NCBI GenBank assembly: GCA_030704615.1 | Contig: CM060734.1 | Span: 17,732,001 to 17,796,000, forward strand | Source of the DNA: Takakia lepidozioides | Lineage: Eukaryota > Plantae > Bryophyta | DNA: 64,000 nucleotides | Direction: 5' to 3' | Part shown: in pieces, positions 46,191-58,552 of the stretch | Layout: each line of letters starts with the position of its first letter | Numbering within the stretch: the stretch's first letter is position 1 | Program-made: the position numbers and the translations under genes | The notes under the pieces: model-generated | What the model saw: the letters and a program-made list of their open reading frames with translations, nothing else | The model's database searches: none | What the model was told of the DNA's origin: nothing

Positions 46191-49100
46191 ATGAGGGAGG
46201 AGTGGATCCATTGGTTCACCATAGACCCGCACAAAAAGGACGGTGTTCAATGCAATCTTTGTGCATTGAAGCTGGCGGGTCGCAAAGATCGCATGTTATA
46301 TCACCTCGGCTACAGAGATGGGAAGAATGCAGGGATTAGTTTGTGCCCAAAAGCCTCCATGCGAGTGAAAGCCCACTTTGCCCAATGTGGAGGCAATATC
46401 CCACCGTCTCTTGATGTGGCCGTGGCTTCTAAGCCAAACACTCCAGGTTCGAATCAAACTGTCCCTCAAAGTTGTACCCAGAGGGATTTTTGCGAGGCGT
46501 CTGCTGTTCGTGGAGAAGTCGGTGGGTCAGGAGCAACACCCGATTGTACGCCAGCACTTGTACGGACCAGACCATTGAGGCAACAATCAATGCAAAAAAA
46601 CTTAAATTTGTCGCACAAGGGGAGTCTGGATAAGAAGTGGGCCCAATTTTTCTATGAGGCCAATATTCCGTTCAATGTCTCGAGGCTTCTTGCGTTTGTG
46701 GCTGTTGTCAAAGCCACGTCCGATTCCAAGTCCACATACACACCTCCGAGTTATCGCGATCTCCGTACATGATTGCTAGAAGAGGCTATGTCTGACCTCA
46801 CCCAAAATGTGAATGAAAAGACAGGTGATTCTCTCCGGAAATATGGAAGCACTATATGTGCGGACGGTTGGAGTTCTGTTACTAATCGACCACTGTTCAA
46901 TGTCATGCTGGTCTGTCCTGCAGGGGAACAATTTTTGGGATCCGTTGACACAAGCGGGGAGAGAAAAGATGCACGTTATCAAGCAGGGTTGTTGACGAGT
47001 TTCATCGATAAAATTGGAGCTGATAAAATTGTCCAAGTGTGCACGGACAATGCATCTAACATGGTTAATATAGCCGATATTTTGATGGTACGATATACCC
47101 ATCTATATTACCAAGGGTGTGCTGCTCATATCTTTGATCTCTTTTTGGAGGATCGGGGAAAAGAATCATGGATGAAACAACTAGTAAAAAGGGCAAAGTC
47201 GGTTGTGACGTTCATTCGTACACATCACATCCCTCTGGCATTGTTTAGAAAGCATGAACCCAAATACAGCCTTAGGAACCCGGGTGAAACCCGCTTTGCC
47301 ACAAACTTTTTGATGGTGCATCGACTGGTGACTGTGAGGGCAGGTCTGGAGCAAGTGATCATTGACCCTCAATGGGATGCGTATGTGGGCACCTTACACG
47401 CCTTTCGTAAGTCCAAGTCTTTGAGCAAAAGTCGGAGGGTCGGCGCAATCATTCGCTCCGACGATTTCTGGGCGAAATGTGCAAATTTTGTGTACATGGT
47501 GAAGCCGGTGTTGATTGCTTTGTGGGAGTTTGATGGAAAACAACCAATAATAGGTAAAGCATGGTTGATATTGGAAAACCTTGAGAAGCACATGCGATCC
47601 TTGAGGCGTCCTCCATTTTCTATGGACGATGATTTGGCGGCAAGGACCGAGGATGCATTTTACGACCGCAAACGGATGGTTCGCATGGACTTGCATTATG
47701 CGGGGGCCTTGCTGAATCCATTCTTGTTGGACAATACAGATTTAAGAGACGATGTGGATGCCAAAGTCGGGCTTGTACGGGTCATCATGCAACTTGCGCC
47801 CTTGAACATGACAGAGCGAGCGTTGTCCAAGTACCAGTGCTTCTCGGATCGGCAGAATCCTTTCCATGATATGTCGGATCCAAAAGCAATGAACATGTTG
47901 CCACATGAATGGTGGGATCTGATTGGAGCTGGAGCAAGAACGTTAGCTCCCATTGCAAAGCGTATTCTTGCTCAAGTGTGCTCTGCCTTGTCTTGTGAGC
48001 GGAACTGGAGCAGTTACTCGTTTGTTCACAACAAGATTCGCAACAGGTTGAATCATGCCAGGGTTGACAAATTGGTTTATGTCTACACGAATTGTAGGCT
48101 ACTGCGAGAGAGGAGAGCAAGTGACGCATCTGCATGGTACGAGAAGAATCTGTTGTCTGAAGAATCTGCCTCAGAGGTCCAATCTAGCAGCAATGATGAC
48201 ACTGACGCCGCGAGGGACTCCGACTCCGACGGTTGGGATGGATCCGATGATGTGGGCAATCCTCTACATGACCCATATGAATTTAATGACGATGATGCTG
48301 CAATGCATCCATCTTTCGATGACCTTGTTGTTGATGAACTGCGACATGGTGTCATCCCAATTGCGGACCCCCTTCCCCCAGTGGAGCACACTCTCAACAA
48401 TGAAGTTGAGGTGAACTCTCCCACACCACGAGTTCCACGGACTGCGGGAGATGTGCAGGTCAAATCATCGGATGATGACAACCGGCCGTTGTCATTCCTT
48501 CACCGACATCGTGCCCCTGTGAACCGTGCTTCATCTCACCCCGCTCCATCTCTTGTTTCTCTTTCTCAAGCCGGTCCATCCCATGCTGGTCCATCTAGTC
48601 TCTCTCCCCCTCATGTAATTCATTCCATCGCTACTCCGATCCTGGGAGATGGTTCTTCTGCTGCGGGACTTCTGCAAGTCGAACCATCGGATGACGACGA
48701 CCGGCCATTGTCGTTTCATCTGGCCCGACGACGTCCGCATGTGAACCGTGCTCCCTCGACCCTCGCTGGTCCATCTCATGCCCATTCCTCTCATGTCGGC
48801 CCCTCTGATGTACGTGCGAGTAGCCTTCCTCATACGAGACCTGCTCCAAAGCCACCACGAAATCCGGGACAAGCCCAGAAACGGCAGATAATTGTGCAAC
48901 CTTTTGTTGATGACCGACTTGTGAACATGCCTAATACCCTAGATGGTATTCATGATAGGAGTGGAAATCAACCAGAAAGACAACTGAACGTACTTCGAGG
49001 ACGACTACAGGTCCAACGGCCAGTTGCCTCTGGAAACGAAAGAACAGATGGAGATCATGATTCTAGCACTGATCATGGGAACGGGGGTGAAGTGAGTGGG

Positions 49101-49226
49101 GACGAAGATTTTGTACTAGGCGCGAGATCATACCATCGTCGTCGTGCCAGACGGAATTACAGCTATAACTTTTGTCACATGATGTGTAGTATGTTTCCAT
49201 GGATATCCATGTTTCAGTTTGGGTAA
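46191..49226 (+). pseudogene. hAT transposase (BED finger, DUF659-type core, dimerisation domain) with a long low-complexity tail
   Basis: VQCNLC..RMLYHL..SLC; ADGWSS; TDNASNM; CAAH; ETRF; EWW..SCERNWS. One premature TGA at 46770. Confidence 0.93.
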
Positions 49227-49465
49227 TGCATATGTGTACGGAAATAAAAATGGTGGAATATGTGTATCCAAGAAAGGGTTTTTGGTGGTTGTGCGTGTGT
49301 TTGTGTTTCGTCATTACCTTTACATTGTTGATTTCCTATTATGATTTCGAAAGCCACAAAGGCCAGGTGCAGCTCCCAACATTCATCTTCCCCTTCACAA
49401 TTCCATGGGGAGTCGATACATGTGCTTTTCATCTGCCTCTCCAAACATACATACAGGTGCAAGGG

Positions 49466-50352
49466 GACCAACCTCCTGGTGGTCGCACCTATTTTTTTAA
49501 AAACAATTGTGTGACCACCAGTAGCGGTCGTCGCAACTGTTAAAATAAAAGAAAAATGTTGCGACCACCCCCCTACTGGTAGTCGCACCTATTTACTGAT
49601 TTACTAATTACCCGTGCTAGTGGTCGCAAAATATATATATATTTGGGAAACATCTGGGAGCGACAACTCACAAATCAGGCCCCTTAGTAGTGAGAAGAGA
49701 AAATAACCTCTTTCATTTATACGCCAAGAGGCGTAGGAATGGAGGCACCACACACGAACCATACCACACCCATCAAGTAGCAAGATTTGACCCCAGAATC
49801 GTCCGGGTTGCACTCAGTGCACTTAACCAACTGAGCTACTGACTGTTGGTAGATATTAAAAAATCGAAAAATTATGCGACCACCCCCCTGCTGGTGGTCG
49901 CATCTATTAAATAAAAGGAAAATAGTGCGACCACCAGCAGGTGGTAGTCGCACCTATTTGTTTTAAACAAAATTTCTGCGACCACCCCTCTGCTGATGGT
50001 CGCGCCTATTAAAAAAAAGAAAAATTATGCGACCACCTCTCTGCTGGTGGTCGCACCTATTAAAAATAAAAATAAATCTGCGACCACCCCCCTGCTGGTG
50101 GTCGCACCCATTAAAAAAAAAAAAAAACTGCGACCACCCCCCTGCTGGTGGTCGCACCCATTAAAAATAAATAAAAAATCTGCGACCACCCCCCTGCTGG
50201 TGGTCGCACCTATTAAAAAAATAAAATTTTTGCGACCACCCCCCTTCTGGTGGTCACACCTACTAATAAAAATAAAAATTCCGCGACCACCCCCCTGCTG
50301 GTGGTCGCACATAATAAATAAATAAATGCGACCACCCCTGCTGGCGGTCGCA
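49466..50352. repeat. Right (inverted) array of tgcgaccacc-N-ggtggtcgca palindromes
   Basis: More than 12 copies spaced by A-tracts; mirror image of 45198-45925. Confidence 0.9.
49642..49852 (-). mobile_element. Probable tRNA-derived SINE inserted in the hAT right array
   Basis: Minus strand: A box tagctcagttgg, B-box-like gggtcaaatc, (AT)n tail. TSD unclear. Confidence 0.55.
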
Positions 50353-50924
50353 GCTATTACTAGCGTGCGCAGTCATGATGACAGCGCGCGCCCTGAGTGT
50401 GGAGGGGGGGGGCTTATAAGGCCTTGGAGGCCATTCTCTCCCTCACTTTTCTCCACACCAAAACTTGGTGGGCGATGGGATGTTGCATTCCTTGTCATTG
50501 AGTCCAAGTGGAGAGGGGTGCTATTGGTTGGGTGGGGGGTATTTTGGGTCGTTGGATTCTACAAAATCGATGTTGAGTACCTCCCGGGAAGCCCTCCTCT
50601 GGCACCCACGTTTTTTTCATTGCACATTGCGTCATTTCACTTAGAACTGCCGAGGGAGTGACACGTGCTTCAACGACGCTACCGCGTGAGCCTGGCGTGT
50701 GAGCGTGTGAGCCTACGTTCACGCAGCTGACGTGGCGCTGATGCTGACATGGCGTGAGCCTGGTCCAGGTCATGCCACGTCACCACAAAGAAAGTGGGCC
50801 TATAACCGTGGGGCCCCCAACTGCTGATATCACCACATGAAGGTGAAACGGATGAAGGGTTTCGGGCTTTCCTGGAGTTTAACCTTCTGTTAACAGGAGC
50901 TTCATTTCCTAGAACTGAAATGAA

Positions 50925-51116
50925 CTTTGTGTTAACACGAGGTTGATTCGGAGAACTTCATGTCAACCTCGTGTTAACACGAGGTTGACATGAAATTCTC
51001 CGAATCAACCTCGTGTTGACACGATGTTCTTTTCTTAGAACTAAAATCAACCTTGTGTCGGCACAAGGGGGATTTGGAAAACTCCAAGTAAACCTCGTGT
51101 TAACACGAGGTTGATT
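50925..51116. repeat. Array of ~5 palindromes caacctcgtgttaacacgaggttg downstream of MULE transposase 2
   Basis: Copies at ~50925, 50964, 51006, 51048 and 51091. Confidence 0.85.
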
Positions 51117-51297
51117 TGATCATCTGTCTATCTGAAGGTAGTTTCTTGTGCTAATGAAAACAGAATGACAGACCAATGCGACAAATGCATTCACCCACGC
51201 ATAGCAAAGATGTTAGACGACATACATTGAGAGACACTGGACTTGAACAGTCATTCCATTATAAGTTGTAGTCAAGGAAAACACAGATTTCGGAGTG

Positions 51298-53975
51298 TTA
51301 AGTGAATGCTTTCTATGGGCTTGTATCCCGTTGTACAAGTGTGTTGACTTCGTTGAAACTCATAGTGGCTTGGTGAATGAAGAAATCCCGCTTTGGATCA
51401 CAAACCATCATTCTCAAGAAGACGAAGTAAAGGTGTTTGCACGGTATGAACTTCCCTCTTTCCCAAACTACTTGAAAGCATACCAACAAAATCAGGACAG
51501 GTACAATTTGGAAAATTGGAAACAGTGATGTCGTACGTCTTGTCCTGCAGCGCAGATGCGGATGAGATCATGGTGAAGACCCGACCATACCCTGGATCAG
51601 GCACTTCCATTGTTCCCGCAACTCGAGCGTGAAGCATTCTCGCGGACTCGATTTTGCCATAGTGTTTTACGGTTGGAGGGAATCGTCGAACCAACTTCCC
51701 ATTTCTTTGCCTCCAAGGCCACCCCTCAAGAATGACTTGTATCTGGTTTGCTGCTACAGAGCACAGATAAGGTCATCGGCCGTAGCCGCATACAAATCTC
51801 TTCCTTTTTTGCCGGATTGCTGCAACCAGGCATTGTGCAGTGTCTCCGCTAGATTGCAAGACGGCATGTTCGCCATCTCCTCAATGGACATATGCTGCAA
51901 GGCAAAAAAATACAAAGCCAATACTAGGATGGGACCCTGAAAGATATATCCAAAGCACCCAAAGGAAGGTGAATGCAAACCGCTCACCGTTGTCATGGCC
52001 ACTCCCCACTGCCGGTAACGGAAGTGCCAAAATGCGAACCAGTCTTCCAGTGCCCTCATGCTGTCCTCCGATGCCGCTCCAGATGAGTACCACCAGGCAC
52101 GAATTGTCTGGAACAATGTATTCGCTTCCCCCATAGTTTTGGGCGTCTTTGTATTGTTTGCACAGTTGACGATGCATACTCTGCATATCTGGCTTGATGC
52201 CTGCCTTTGTGTGTTTATCCAAGGATTGTGTCCTATGGAAAAGACACGTACGTTCTCTTCCAGGCATTGGCACTTTTGGATCTCCCGTCCCGAATACAAT
52301 GCGGACAGCGTTGAAGTTAGCTTGAGCACTGTCGACCATGAAACCAACAAAATTGGGAGATGGGAGACCATTGGAGGCCATAACACGAATGAGAGCTTCC
52401 CACATGAGCTGCTGTGAATTTGTGTCCTCTGACTGCATGTCACACACTGCAATTGTCATGACACGCTGGTACACAGGGTCGTAAACATGACATGCCATTG
52501 TGGTCCAGTCTTTAACCCTCTTGACGTGATCGAACATAAGGAAGCAGTTGCCTAGATCGCCACCCTTCTGCATACGTTTAACCAGGCTGACTCCGCTGCC
52601 CTCACCTTTTGTGGACATTTTGAACATGAACACTTTCCTGGCTCTTTGCCCCGGGAAAATGCTGTCTTGGATGTAGTCGTACATGCTCCTTCTCTTCAAA
52701 TCCATAATATTGTCCATATAACCTCGCTCCCAGAGCCCATTCTTAAAGCGTTCACCTGATTCTTTATGTTTGGAGAAGTCAAAGTCGAGAAATGGTCCAT
52801 AACAGTGTCCAAAGCTGGTCCCTCCAGTTTTCCTCCAACCGAATCCGATGCACACAAAATACGGCTTTCCATAAATGACTTGCTCGCCCCCATGGCAATT
52901 ACAGATGTGGTTCCAGTTGGATTGGTATCCAACTCTTGCCTTATCAGAGGCGAGACTGTCTCAATGCTCTCCCTGTAATCCCCCTTGGACACAGGGTGGT
53001 TGTGAAACCGAAATGGACACAGGCTCTAGTCAGGGTTTTGAATCGATGCACCACATAGTACATTCTGGCGCCACACATTGCAAGGTAGCAAGGCGGTACC
53101 CTACAGAACTTGCACACAAAAGTGTTACTGTATGGAGGTGTCACTGACACCATCCCATTTGCTTTGGTTTTGCACACCCGACAATGCGAAGTGTCTGCAT
53201 TTCATGTTCTCGCATTTCAGGTGCCCAATACAGACTGTTCGCCTGAATATGAGGTTGTCGTGGTTGTGAATATTGGAGGTTTTTGTGCGGCACCAAGGGT
53301 GCCCATCGTGCTTTTTGTCCATTCCTTCCATGAGACTGGAAATGCCCCCAACGCGACCAGGAGGAGGCAGCTCAAAAACAGTATTACCATCAAAAGATTC
53401 TGGCAAGAATGCCACCCTCTGAACATTGAAAGTGCTCCAGTCAATCCCTCTCAACTCACTCTTGAATCTTGCCATCCCACCCATGGCTTTCAGTTTAGGA
53501 ATGACACTGGTGATCTCCTCCACATCTGCTTCCTGATGTGGACATGGCTGATCCACGGGCGGTATTTCACAGGTATCATCGGAGGATGAGTCCGAAAGCT
53601 CAACTACAGTGTTAACGGTACTTGACTCCTTCTTGATAACCACGGGTGTTTTCTCCTGGGCCATTGATGCTGCCGTGCCAGGAGTAACGAACGATCCTGC
53701 AGACCTTCTCCGAGGAGCAGTGAGCACCCTGTATCTGCCTGGAGTCACTCTCCATTGTGTGGTTGGTGCAGTATGCGAAGGTTTCTGGAACGCGTACTTG
53801 AGCAGTTTTCCATTGGCATCGTACACTTCCCTTTCAAGAAATAGAGTTCCATTTTCCAACCGAAACTGCGTTGCGAGCACGTTGCGAATGAAAAAGGTCT
53901 TGAGACTTCCAATTCGTTCGATGCGAGCATGAAGATCAAATGCCCTAGCATTTTGGCCTGCAATATACACAATCA
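51298..53975 (-). pseudogene. MULE transposase 2 (diverged homologue of transposase 1)
   Basis: KHDGHPWC; FLMFDHVKR, FMVDSAQA, CLFH, NLAETLH; SWIM CTCPDF..CKHL. Intron at a position equivalent to transposase 1 (~51898-51987); frameshifts. Confidence 0.88.
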
Positions 53976-54659
53976 AATAGTAAGAATCAACAATGATATC
54001 TAACATTCAAACACAAGAAATGACTCGCTTGGGAGTATCTTCAAAAATAATTCATGCATGTCAATATAAAACAAATGAGTTTGCAATCCAAATCTCACCG
54101 CATCCAATTGAATGTCTATGCGTGTGACCTCAGAATCCAATTTTGGATGCAACAACTTTCCTTGAAGATTGTCAAGATATTCAAATATGGAATTGTAGCT
54201 CTATGAGCCAACAACAAAATCATCAGTCTTTGCTAGTACAATTCAAGTTTGTCATAAAATACAAAAAGCACAAAAAGCATCCTAAAGTATGCAAAATGTG
54301 CATCAAAGCAAATGATTACAAATAATCTTAAGACATGAAAATTTTTTATGTTTAGTGCTTACGAAAGAGGTGGACCAAAATTGCTTCCAAGTATTTGTAA
54401 GCCATGCATCATGCAAACCATCTTCATCGATAGTCAATATTTCTACAATGCCGCTAGAATGAATAACTTCAATTTTTGGTCTATAGCAAGCTCTTTGATG
54501 TTTGATCTCATTCCATTGAAGGTTGAAAGCTTGAAGCTCCTTCGTTTGGGTCACCTTGAAAAACAAGTTACAACACGGAAATTTCAACAACTTTGAAATG
54601 TCCAATTCTAAGTGAAAGCAAGCTTACAAAATTAAATACGATCATTACAGTGCATGAAC

Positions 54660-56836
54660 TCACCGGAATATTGGTAATAGTGATGTTGGAAAAGCCCAAT
54701 CATCTTTTGTAGGGCTTGAAAACAATTTGACTCACATAATACCGTTGGTATTTCAATATGGCTTCATCAACCTTTTCTCTTGATTGCAAAAGTGTCGCCA
54801 TCTTAGTGAGTCTCAATTTTGTCTGAGCAACACATAAGCTCAAGGTGGGCCCTTGAAAATTTGGTAAAAGCAGATAACTTTAATGTCTCATGGATTCTTT
54901 GACTGAAGGTGTGATCTTCATCACCTAGAAAACCTCCATTGATGCTGTAGTATTGTAGAATCTCTTCTGCTGTCGGGATACAAAAACCAACATTCGAGGT
55001 CTTAGAGATAGCTAGATCCCATGCATCCCAATCTTTCCAAAAAGGTCGCGCTATGAGCTCAAACTGAATTCGAATATCACCAGGATTATACATGCTCATG
55101 GAAGGGTGCATGGTAATTCTACTAAGATTAGCCTCAGATGTAGTGGAACCCATGCGAAGCTCCTTTCTTTTAAAGAGCTCGTTACCAATACGTCTCAACA
55201 CTTCATCATCGAAAGAATCTGTATGGAGCTCAACTTTAAACATGTCAAAAGCTAACCAAAAAGCTTGGGATCTCTGTTCATCCTTGTGGACATCAAGTGC
55301 TTCATATGTAGATTTAACGTCATGTTCCCTCAATGCCTTGAAGTATGCCTCTTGATGTTTGATCCATGTCTCTGCCATCTTGTTGAGAACTTCATCTTCA
55401 ATTGCCCATATACAATGAGTGGGTGTCTCAGAGATTATGTCCATCTCATTAACAATCATACAAGATGAAGAGGACGTACCAACATGCGTTGTTGTGATTG
55501 GCGCTGCAGGTAATGCCAAATTGTAGTGACCTTGGACATTCCCCCGTTGCATGTTCCTACATCCACCTCGAGGCGGCTCACTCATAAAATCTGAATCAGA
55601 ATCTCCAAGGCTGCTAGTCGGAATATTGCCACTTGATTGTTCCATCAATCCAAATGAAGACACATCACTGTTTAATCCCACGGTGTGCAGGGTCGTAGAA
55701 GGCCATACCCCATTTGAACCTCTGACATGCTTTTGTACCTGTGACGTACTATCAGCTTCAATTTGAGATGTTGTCATACCATAAGGCCTTTGGACCCTTC
55801 GAACATCTTGGGGCACTTGAGTGAGATGAACATCTTGAACATGTGATAGGGCCATATATGAGAACTTGAAGGTTCACCATAACTTGATGAGGACAGAGAT
55901 TGAGAATCTTCAATCTCCATAGGTCTGATCTGTACACTACCACTTCGCCATCCATGGGCATTGGACCTTGTTTCATTGTCAATCTCCTTACACCTTCTAT
56001 CCCTCTTCTTATGTGGATTTCTTAGGAATTGTTGATAAGCAACAATTCCATCACTTGGGACTGTGCTTACATCAGGAACATATGAAACCTCGCTGCTATC
56101 AGGGATGTAAACAACAAATGTTGTTGCTGGCAATCGGCCCCATGGAGCCCCACGTTTTCAGATCAATGGCTCTAGAAAGTATTTGCCTGTTGCTCTCCTG
56201 GTCCGTTGGAAAAAACACCCTGTCACACGTGGTGTAGGTGTTTGACGATGAGGCTCAAGTTGTGCAAAGTGGGCAGCAATGTGAAACTCCACTGTTCCAA
56301 GACAGAATGGCTCGGGATAGATTTGCCCACCCCACTGAAGGTTTGCTTTGAAAAAGACCAAAACAACTGGGTTATCTGGAACCTAGTTGGAAATCAATGG
56401 CGTTAAAGCCTCACAATAGGCTGACCACTCTGTTGACCTTGGAAGCATATGGATGCGCCGTTGAATATCTTTGGGAGGCACATTAGAAGATGCTTGAGGC
56501 TGTCTTCTTCGTTGTGTTCTCGACTCGCAAATGTCTCGAGGAACAGAAACATTCAGGTCATTGACACTACCAATTTGAGCAGGTCCACAAAGACTTGATA
56601 CATTTGCCATACCTTGGACATCATGACCTTGGCCTTGGGGTGGTGCTGGTACATTTGATCTTGAAGAAGATCCATATGCAAAACGCTCACCTTGCTGTCA
56701 AATATGCCCTACAAATGCCCTTACTCGACGCGGGATTTGTGGCAAGTTCGGTATTGAAGAATCCCCAGTGTTTTGTGATGCACAGCCAGGGTCAATATCC
56801 TGGAAGTGGTGCGTCCAGTCTTCATTTTGTTTGGAC
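54660..56836 (-). pseudogene. Long (~700-codon) decayed ORF of unknown function upstream of transposase 2
   Basis: ORFs 56383-56610, 56158-56361 and 55774-56133 share one frame, separated by single TAG/TGA stops, and continue by frameshift into 54803-55855. Confidence 0.5.
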
Positions 56837-56914
56837 ATTTCTATATCGTGCACGCCTTTGTGAACCTGCCAAAAAAGTAAGAATTGAGATCCATTGAGAC
56901 CTATTGCATTCCAA

Positions 56915-57190
56915 AGAAACTAAGTCAAAATTAGTCTATATGTAGGTAGAGGTATCGTCATGAGGTAGTTTCCCTGTTGGTATACCTACAAAGGTATAGC
57001 GTTTGATTTGCAAATAAATTTTGCTAAATCAGTGTATATTTATGTGGAGGTATTGTCATGAGGTAGTAGCCCTGATTAGTATACCAACAGAGGTATAACG
57101 CTTGATTTACAAAGAAACTTAGCTATATATGCTAGTAGAGGTATCGTCATTAGGTAGTAGTGATCCTGTGAGTGAAACCTATAGAGGTTG
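56915..57190 (-). repeat. Inverted copies of the 42160-42972 repeat
   Basis: gaggtatcgtcatgaggtagtagccctg..agtataccaacagaggtata, about 3 units. Confidence 0.75.
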
Positions 57191-58552
57191 GTGCATTTGT
57201 GAGTTGAGATCCATTAAACAATGGGAATTTTTGGAATTCCCTACACGTTGTGAGGAATTGGCAGGGTTTTGTGACCAATGCTAAAGTGTCACATGTTCAG
57301 CAGTCTTCCATTGTGTGCTGGCATAATTCTCCAGTAACCTACTTGAGCTCTAAACTTCTGAAAAAAACACCCGGATTGGCTTTTTTAAGGTATACAATAT
57401 GGCCACTTCAGAGAAAGTGTATACATGTGAGCATAAATGCTTGTCATTTTTCAGAGAGCGCCAGCAGTCTGAATTATGAAGATGCTGTAACTATAATATG
57501 TAAGAAACGATAGTGTAGAGAAATTCCCTGGCAGTGGGCTTCAGTTACAAGGAACAAATTGACTAGCATTTGACCTGCATGAGGCACTCCATCGCCAAGC
57601 AATGTTTGGGTTTCTTAGACATGCTCATTGTTCTCTGGGTGTTACATTGTGTCGCACTCTTGTGGTCGCAACAAACTTCTGCTTTCTCTTTCCTTCTTTC
57701 CCCTCTCGTTGACATAGAAAAATGAGAGAGGTTGTGGTATGGGAGAAGAGAGAGGGGATGCAATTGACATCATGATGAGTTGAAGGGGGGGAACAGAGGG
57801 AAGTGGTAAATTCGCAGAGAAGCACAGAGGTCCCCGTGAGACTTACTTTTGTAGTTGCAGCATGAAGTGAAAGCCAGGGTGGGTAGTATGGCTGTCGATG
57901 AGTTCAGGGCGAGTTATGCTAGTGAGACACCTTCCCTGAAATGCCTTTGTTGGTGTGTGTGCGCTATCTTTGTAGTTCAGCAAATATGGACCAAGAATTA
58001 TCACTTGGCTTCACTCGCTGAAAAGAACACGAGAGAAATCTCTTTCCTTATGCTTCCATCACCAGGAAGTTAGCTGCTGACTTCCTGGAGTTATTGAGAA
58101 ATAATGGTATCATCGATGAAGTGATTTCGATTCAATTTTGGCTGCTGTCATTATGGCGCGATCTCCTAAACTTATAGCGCGTGTTTTGTTTGTTCGCTTT
58201 CAATAATGGGCTTCACGGTGGTTATCTTCTTAGCTTCTTAACTTTTTGAAAAGGGCTCCATTCGAAGATCAATGTCAAGTCCATATCAGCCCCTATGCCA
58301 AGTTATATTGCTTCCCCTTGTGCTCAATACCTCTACATTCTTTTGTACTAGAACGAAAGATTGATCAAGATCAAATGAAGCTTACATTGCAAGATGCATA
58401 GCAATGAAACCAAAGAGGAAGGAAGAGGGAAAGAATTGAAATGTCCACTATCCCGAAAATAAATATATCTGTATGAAGACAATCACATATCAACCCAAGA
58501 TCTGAAAGATGAAGAGGTTGTCCGAGACAAATAAGTGAACGGATGTAGCTAG

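Noticed and set aside
45198-50352. Regularly spaced palindromes resembling a CRISPR array
   Set aside because: Spacers are low-complexity A/T tracts, the repeats are degenerate, the context is eukaryotic and there are no cas genes.
44975-50395. caggg...ccctg as a hAT TIR pair
   Set aside because: Only the terminal 5 bp match well, and the flanking 8-mers (gcttcagg / agtgtgga) are not a TSD.
54803-54900. HECT-like FSRAHLELMCC segment
   Set aside because: No downstream FxTG or TCF motif found in the frames I translated.
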